Source: Laetmonice hystrix (Eukaryota). Taken from it: DNA of 64,000 nt. Made by a program: the position numbers and the translations under genes. Shown here piece by piece: positions 56,602-64,000 of this stretch (position 1 is the first letter of the stretch; every line of letters starts with the position of its first letter). The DNA is taken from NCBI GenBank assembly GCA_965235115.1, contig OZ249438.1, positions 12,400,001 through 12,464,000 of the forward strand, in the 5' to 3' direction. A model generated the notes under the pieces. It was not told the DNA's origin and ran no database searches. It was given only the letters and a program-made list of their open reading frames with translations.

Positions 56602-59363
56602 TTTTTTATTGCATTCCCCAAATTGTCTCTAAAATCTGCCTAATGGGATTTCGTATAAAAAAGGCTGCTTCATAAAATATTGGAAATGATCTCTGCTACG
56701 AACTTTTGCCTCTTGGGGTCAACAGATAAGACTACATTCATCTTCTTGATCCAGGCGTTTTGAAATGAAGTACCACACCCTGTAACGCTTCATTATATCT
56801 CAAGTCATCTCCTGAATTATTGGCCCCATGTGATTGCTTCGAGCATGCAGCACACAGAAATACAAACTCCCCAGATCATCATGCAACCCCCCACAACCTC
56901 TCCCTCTACACTGTCTATGGAGGACGTCTGCAGCCAGAGATAAACGTGATGGCCCGACAAGTAAAGGTGGGTGGGCCGACCCCCAGACAAGGGTCAAAGG
57001 ATCGTACGTGCCACCAACTCATTGCGGCGGGCACCTCCCTCCATAGGCCGCCGGGTCCAAGCACGTGGCCGCCCGTCAACCCTGTCGGTTGTCCTTATGA
57101 AAAGCGTCTGTTCTAATTTTCAAGAAAATCTTTAGCCACTCGATGATGTCTTTATATAAAATGCTTTATGTCATAGTTATGCCTCTTTTATGCCACTCGT
57201 TAAGGATGCGATGCAAATACATATTTCAAGCTACGAGACGTGATTAGGACTACATCTGTCTGTCTATATGTAATCCTTGCTGATTGCACATAAGAATCGC
57301 AAGCATGCCATCCGAATGACAGCTCCAACATCCGTTGTCGTAACTACGTTGATACACCCACTTTATGGCATAGCAAATGTCCATATATTTTCATCATCGT
57401 TGACATTAATTTCTTGGTATATTATAAAGCCGAGAGAATCACTACCATGAGTTAGACTGACAACAAAATACACGTGCAACGGATAAAATCTATGATTTGT
57501 TTTCAGTCAGCAGAGATGTCTGGTTGCCTGAAGATGTGTATCAGTATAATTATGATCCATATTTTTCATGAGATATGATCTCTAAATTACCCTGAACCTC
57601 CCGCTATGTGCACCATCTGCTCAGTATCATTAGGTGGTCCTGTGTGATAAAAGATAGGATCTGGGCAGGAAATCCAATTCATCATTTTTTCCTTGCAGAT
57701 TATACATGAATGGAGTTTTTTCTGGCGTATTTGAGCAATAAAATTGAAATCGCTATAATAAACATCCAAATTTTAAAGGGAAGGTCGAACGCGATAGTAC
57801 AAACATTATCACAGAAAGGATATACATTGTACTCTTATTAGAAACCTCAATTAGGTATATGATCGGGTTTTTTGCGAAAAATGGCCTAAAAACACCAAAA
57901 ACAAACAAAGACAAACGCAGGGGGGAAAGACATGGGTTATTTTAATTTAATGAAAAATATCCGATTTTTCCTCAAATTTTGCAAGTAAATATTCCCAAAA
58001 TGAAGTAATTAGTGCATGGCAGCATTCTATAGTTAAGGACTGTAAGTATCAAATGTGTTTTAAGTTTTTAGAATTTTTTGCCCGTTTACCTTTTAGGCAG
58101 ACGATGCTTATAAGAATAAAGAAAAGCACTGCGTTCAATTCAAGCTGAACATCCTCTTTAACTCTGTCTGCTTCATGAGAAAAAAACAATTTGCTCATTT
58201 CGTCCTATCGTCTAAACAGGTTATTTGGCGACAATTTAGAAGAAGTTGCCAACCAGCGGAAGTGATGTGTTTGCGCGTCAACAAACTGCCATTCGTACGT
58301 CTCCGTTTGTTATCGACGGTCCCCATCCGATACGATTCTACGCTCACCCAAAGGTTGCATTTTGTACATATTCCATTCACTTAAAGCAATATACTTCTCC
58401 CCTGACTGTTGATCCAGTCAGCATTCTTACAGCGTCCCACAATCTCCGATAGCTCTCCCGCTCTAAACCTCGCGACCTCTCGCAGATCGACTTCCGGGCT
58501 ACCGTGTTTGCCACGATACTTCAAAGGTGTTGAGGCGAAGCAAAGAAAACAAACCGAAGTGTCGCACGAGCACTGCGCACGCGCCGGGGGAGAAACAGAA
58601 ACTGTTTTCGAACTGAAGACCCAAATAACTGGGACATGCCAACACTTTGATCAATTACAATGCACTGATGCATTTCCGTCCCGTTTGACTTCCAGGGCAT
58701 CAGTGGCGGAAACACCATCTGCACCAGTTGGTCTGGGAGGGTTAGCGGCGGGTTTCTGCATCCACATCAAGACTTAGTCTCAACAACAAACATATTTCAT
58801 TTCAGCCCAAAATAAAATGAGCACTATATTGGTCCGTCTGACGTATAAATGATGGCAGTCTCAAGTTAACGTTGTTATGACTGGGTTGTATTGTTTGCCA
58901 TGTCGGTTTGTGTTGGTTTCCATGATCGGTAATAAAAACTTCAATGGAATATTGATCACGTGTCTACCTAAGATCTCTTTAAAATATTCTATGGTGGGAT
59001 GAATAATCATGCATGTTGTGGTCTTTTGAAACGAAAACTTCAGATTTTTTTTATATGAAATACAAGATGATAAACTGATTCAGATAATACTCTGATACAA
59101 GAAACTTTTCTCTGTGTCTAGACGCGTGTTATGGGTTTGCATGCATTGCTCTTCCAATTTAAACGTGCACGACTGGCTGTCTATGATCATTTTGTCAGTG
59201 AGAGACATTCAACATCTGTTATTTCTGATTAATATGATCGCAGTCACGAAGGATCATAATCATGAATGATCATGCACATAGGCCCGACGTCAGCACCGAC
59301 TTAGCACAACTTAAATGTCTACTGTAAACATAATATACTTATACGTGCGCGGATCGAGGATTT

Positions 59364-59548
59364 CTTGAAGGGTGTTGTTCAGGGTCTTCTCAAAGGGCGT
59401 TTTTTAAAGGGTGGTGTTAAGTGTCTTCTCAAAAGGCGTTTTTTAAAGGGTGGTGTACAGGGTCTTCTCAAAGGCCAATTCTCGAAGGGCGGGGTTCAGG
59501 GTCTTCTCAAAGGGCACTTCTCGAAGGGCGGGGTTCAGGGTCTTCTCA
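59364..59548. repeat. Degenerate 39-bp tandem repeat, ~5 copies
   Basis: Unit TTCTCGAAGGGCGGGGTTCAGGGTCTTCTCAAAGGGCAC; it gives the 13-aa periodic ORF at 59365-59565. Confidence 0.8.
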
Positions 59549-61437
59549 ATTTTAAGGTTGCATGATCTGTTTTCACTTTCACATCCGATAAAAACAACAG
59601 CGCTGATTTCACTCAAATCAAGATTGATATTATCTATACAAGATGACGAGATGCATGTTGTATAGGATCTGTCACTCAGGGGCCGGGTGAAGATTCTGGC
59701 CGATGTTTTGCCGACCCCCACCCCACCCCCACCACGTAACCAACCCTGTATACCTGGCCCCCCTCAGCTCTAGCCTGCCTTTGACGATTATCAAAATCAT
59801 TCCTCCCTTCCAAACCAAACCACACGCTAGTCTCTTCCCATGTCCGTCAATATTATTCCTGCTATCCCGGCTGTCGAGCCGACATCATGTGACAAGTAAA
59901 ATCTGTCGGTGTAGTTATCTTAGCTCGCAGTGCCGTGATGGTCCTCACGCTGTTCGTGAGACATCCCATCCCGGCAGGTCGCTCCGACCCCTGCGTCATG
60001 CATGCCGCAGCGCCCCCTGTGTCCGATAGCCACCCAAATCGAACTCCATATCAGGGAGGTATCAGGATTCGCAGCCCGAGGATTCCCGGCGTGGTGAAGC
60101 GACGGGAATCAAGTAGCCAGCCCAACTGACACCGACAATGTCAGACTCGATCACCAAAGGTGGCCGGGACCGCTGGTAACATGTTTGATCGGGTTTCCCT
60201 GCCCACCTAGATCTCCGACAGCTCCGCCTAGCGGGAGTTGAGTGCCTGTATCGAGTCTAATTATTACAAAGCGGAAGATGGGCGTGAATCGACTGAGATA
60301 TCAACGACAGCTGGATCAACGTCTGTAAAATCTGTAAAGGTCAAATCAGGAGTGTGTGTGGGGAGATGGGGGAGGGGTTAGGGGAGGGGGTAGGGGGGTT
60401 TTCACCGACGCCCCCCGCGACTGTTGTTATTATTGTCCCTCTATCCGCCTCATATGAAATGTTTCCGGCGACTAGCGGAAGAAGAAAATTCCGATTGATC
60501 GGATGACCATATTGACGGTGGCTGTCAAGAGGCACTCGCCATGAAATCAGCCCCGTGAACGCGGTAGGTATACCCGGCTTGAAGACTGCCCCTAGACAAT
60601 AGGGACGGGAAGAGTGTGGGGTGTTGGCATCGTTGGGGTTTCACTCGAGGCCAGGCGAGCACGCCCGTTACCCGGGAGTCACCTATCGCCTGATCGAGTC
60701 CGTTGTGTTCGACTTGTCGCAGTCCCCTCCACCGTTACCATCGCTCCACGGCCACGTCCAGGAAACAGATCACCCTCGGGTGAACATCCCAATAATTCCA
60801 TTCCACATACCCGGCCGCTTGGTGATGTAACCTGGCTGGAAAAATTTCTTTTTGTGGACTTTTTTTCTGCATGATGTGTGCCAGAGGGACGGGCTTGGAG
60901 TCGTGTGGTGACACAGACCTTGTGTTCAAGCACGCGCGCAGTACTGTCGATAATATGTTGTGTCCACTGGCCAAGGTGAAAAGGTTGAGCGCGCCTCTTT
61001 CTTTAGTCGGTACTCATGAGTGTTTGATGGCATTGTTTTGAGGCCCAACGACGTGAGGATGCTATCGGCCCATTTTTCACATAGCCCCCCGACGCTGCCT
61101 GCATACTGCATGATGCTTGACTAAAGATATTGCAACGTGATATTTCCCAAAACGATTGGCCATCTAAAGAGCAATTTTCAAACATTTTGGTTGCTATTTA
61201 GGATTGGAACCCCGGTATTAAAACCCATACATTAAGGTCAAACACTATACTAATGTCTGCTGATGTACTACTGATCATCTCTAGAAACGCTTGTCGTCTT
61301 GGAGAAATGACGTAGGTCTAATACACAGTTAAACCGGTTGCCTCCTTTTTCAATACTCGCGAACACCGATTTCCCCCTGATAACATTTGTCTGAACTTTG
61401 AAAATCTCCTGTGACGTACCCTTTTTTTTCTTTACCA

Positions 61438-61532
61438 CAGTGGCGGATCACGGGTTTTGTGTTGGTGTTCGGGGGGGGGGGGGGTCTGGCAAAATTGCGC
61501 AAAGGGGGGTTAACTTACTTAATCCGCCACTG
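61438..61532. mobile_element. Short MITE with 11-bp TIR
   Basis: CAGTGGCGGAT...ATCCGCCACTG. Confidence 0.6.
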
Positions 61533-61618
61533 TATTACGCTCATAATACAAAAGAAAATGTATGTGCAAGGCAATTATTTGTGTGTTCTTTGGTCCTCCT
61601 TCATTTCTCGCTCTCTGT

Positions 61619-61763
61619 NNNNNNNNNNNNNNNNNNNNNNNNNNNNNNNNNNNNNNNNNNNNNNNNNNNNNNNNNNNNNNNNNNNNNNNNNNNNNNNNNN
61701 NNNNNNNNNNNNNNNNNNNNNNNNNNNNNNNNNNNNNNNNNNNNNNNNNNNNNNNNNNNNNNN
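61619..61763. other. Assembly gap (145 N)
   Basis: Run of N. Confidence 1.
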
Positions 61764-63070
61764 ATAATCAGCGTGGAACCGATGTTCACCCTGTACAGTG
61801 ATGAGTCCAGTCTACCTGACGCCGGCCGGCTGTCCATTGATGGGCGGGTCACTCCTCCCCACGGGACAATCACCCCAATCGACGTCCACTCAGCGCGTCC
61901 CAATGGTGGCCATGGTCCGTGAAGGGTCTGGGGGTGATTACCCGCTTCGTTACCCTCGCCCTGGGAGCAGGTAACCCCCAGCCCGGCACGTTTGTCGGCA
62001 GCCACCGCCCGGCCGTGCAGACCGGCCGCCGACCGAGCCATCCCGCCGTCCCTTAACCCTCAGTCGACGATGAAGTGTTGTACCTCAGGCCGTCGTTTCC
62101 CAGGATACAGATAGAGATGTTGTTGTGATGACCCCCCTCCCCCTCCCCCTCTCCCCCCCTCCCCCTCCCTTGCACTCACTCTCCACGGTGCACTTGAAAC
62201 GTCGTGAAGACCATGCCAATGGCACACTGCGAGTCTGGCCGCCGTGAAGAGCGACCATCAAGGGCAGCTGTTCACACCCCACTTGAAATATCACAGACCA
62301 AAGTGGTTCGATGAATAAGTAAGCAAGGAAAGCCTGCCCTTCAGGTTTCAAACCTCAACAAGTTGGCTTGTAGACCCGGACGGTCTTAAAGGTGACATTC
62401 GGCTCTGCTGATTTATACGCTGAGGAACTTTCCATCTTAAAGAATCACCTGACGTTGGGTTTTATCAGAGCTCTGTCGGATCCTGACAAATTTTGAAACA
62501 GATCATTCCGGAGATTATCCAGTCCAGATTTATATCTTCGACAAGACGACAAGGTAAGACCACATCAACACGAGTTGAAGAGTTGTTTCTATCCTTAGAT
62601 TATCTGAATACTATAGTGATGGCAAGAATCACAGTCATTGTCACCAATTTCATCTCCCATTCTTAGCGTCACGTTATATTTGTATGGCCAACCTCTATAT
62701 AATGTCACACATTAATTCCCTATCCTAGATAACAAGTTGACACGGGCTTTTAATTTTACAGGGTGGCTAATCGGTCAATATCAAATACAGGGCAGTTTTT
62801 TCCAGGTTTCTTAAATCGGGTGTCAGCCCTGGGGAAATTGATACATCCCTGTCCAACAAGATTTAATATCACACTTAGTGTTCCGGATGGCAATATCATA
62901 TTTTCAAGTGTGATACCGCCCAGCGATAAATATTGACGTTTTGATATATATTGAAACATTATAACACAGATGTCTCTAAATTAACTAAATAAGGGGGTTC
63001 GAGACCCCCCATATGCCAATTTGATGCCAAAATTGACAAGTGACCTCTCCTAATTGCAGACAGATTTCCG

Positions 63071-64000
63071 ATGACCCTCGGGGACACTCGGCTAGTGGAG
63101 GAGGAGGAGGAGGAGGAGGAGGAGGAGGAGGAGGCTCCAGCCTCTGACAACACTACGGAGGTAGTTGACACCTGTGCGGGGTCGTCGGCCGCGCCCCCCT
63201 CCCCGCTCCCTCCCCCCGCCGGGGAGGCCGTCCGCCCGGGGCCTGCCGCCGCCCCTGCCGCCCCCACCCGGGCCGTGGAGGACGTCCGTTCCCTACTGCA
63301 GTTCGTCAGCGTGGCTAGCACCGATATCAAGGCGGCCCTAGATAAGTCAGCGCCGTGCAAACGATCTGTCGATCACCGCAAGTATTTACAGAAGCAGCTT
63401 TGCCGCTTCTCACAGCCACCCGAGCTACCAAATCCTCCCTGCTGCTTCCCGAACGCACGACTCCCCTCTCCTCCAGTCGGCGCACGCGCCGGTGACGCCA
63501 GCGGCGGTGTACCCCACACGGAGCAGTTTCTCCCTCACCATCAGTTCACACACACCAAGGTGCCGTCAGATGAGCATCCTCATCATCACCAGCAGCAGTA
63601 CCACCACCACCATCACCAGACACACACCAGCACTCCACCACACAACAACTCGAACAAGTCACACTCTGAGCTCTCCTCAACAGAACAACCCCGGTCTATG
63701 GACACGACCCAGGGTAAACTTCAACCTCCGATCTCACCCGCTTCACCACCACCGACACCAACAACCCAAACTTCTCCTCCGTCTAGCGCGCTGCCGTCAT
63801 CCAACGGTATGGTAGTCGCTGCCTCATCCCCACCACCACACACCACCACCACCACCAGCCGGCTCAGCGTGGACCTAGACTCCGACCCTGACCCGCTCTT
63901 TGACGCGGCCAGAATGACAGCAGGCAACACGACATCAGACTCCAGTTGCTCGGAAAACAAACCCAAGAAGACGACGGTTCCTCTTCGACAGCGTCAACTG
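63071..64000 (+). CDS. FAM181: FAM181-family protein (TEAD-binding), 5' part; ORF open to the window end and absent from the ORF track
   Basis: The ATG at 63071 opens 310 codons without a stop. It contains DVRSLLQFVSVASTDIKAALDKSAPCKRSVDHRKYLQKQLCRFSQ (63281-63415), matching the recalled FAM181A/B N-terminal block. It ends with VPLRQRQL, the start of the FAM181 omega-loop motif. It also has E12 and His-rich tracts. Confidence 0.92.
   Translation, partial: MTLGDTRLVEEEEEEEEEEEEAPASDNTTEVVDTCAGSSAAPPSPLPPPAGEAVRPGPAAAPAAPTRAVEDVRSLLQFVSVASTDIKAALDKSAPCKRSVDHRKYLQKQLCRFSQPPELPNPPCCFPNARLPSPPVGARAGDASGGVPHTEQFLPHHQFTHTKVPSDEHPHHHQQQYHHHHHQTHTSTPPHNNSNKSHSELSSTEQPRSMDTTQGKLQPPISPASPPPTPTTQTSPPSSALPSSNGMVVAASSPPPHTTTTTSRLSVDLDSDPDPLFDAARMTAGNTTSDSSCSENKPKKTTVPLRQRQL

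Noticed and set aside
57775-58160. Further Kolobok-like MITE
   Set aside because: It has TTAA flanks, but the putative TIRs match only about 7/12.

Overview
Animal (eukaryotic, intron-rich, probably invertebrate; annelid/lophotrochozoan-like is only an inference) genomic DNA with two short assembly gaps. I can reconstruct five protein-coding loci. (1) The 5' four exons of an MRCK/CDC42BP kinase on the minus strand, running off the left edge. (2) About 1 kb away and divergent, a complete 20-exon TXNDC16/ERp90 orthologue (846 aa by my exon joining) ending in the ER-retrieval signal HTEL. (3) A 3-exon MFSD4-like MFS transporter. (4) An intronless 605-aa ankyrin + 6-TM protein resembling a divergent TRPV/TRPV-like channel. 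(5) A FAM181 orthologue running off the right edge inside its TEAD-binding motif. Introns and intergenic DNA hold a 5'-truncated CR1/L2-type LINE with an intact RT frame and a chimeric 3' end, an I/Nimb LINE relic, a Helitron/Helentron-like element carrying a tRNA-like Pol III cassette, many MITEs and about ten distinct minisatellite arrays. The most unusual signals are three arrays that begin exactly at exon ends and amplify functional signals (two 5' splice donors and the HTEL-stop C-terminus), a satellite built from transposon-end motifs, and a hairpin element inserted head-to-tail into a satellite. There is no CRISPR array, prokaryotic operon or intact tRNA/rRNA gene. All family assignments come from recalled motifs, not database searches.
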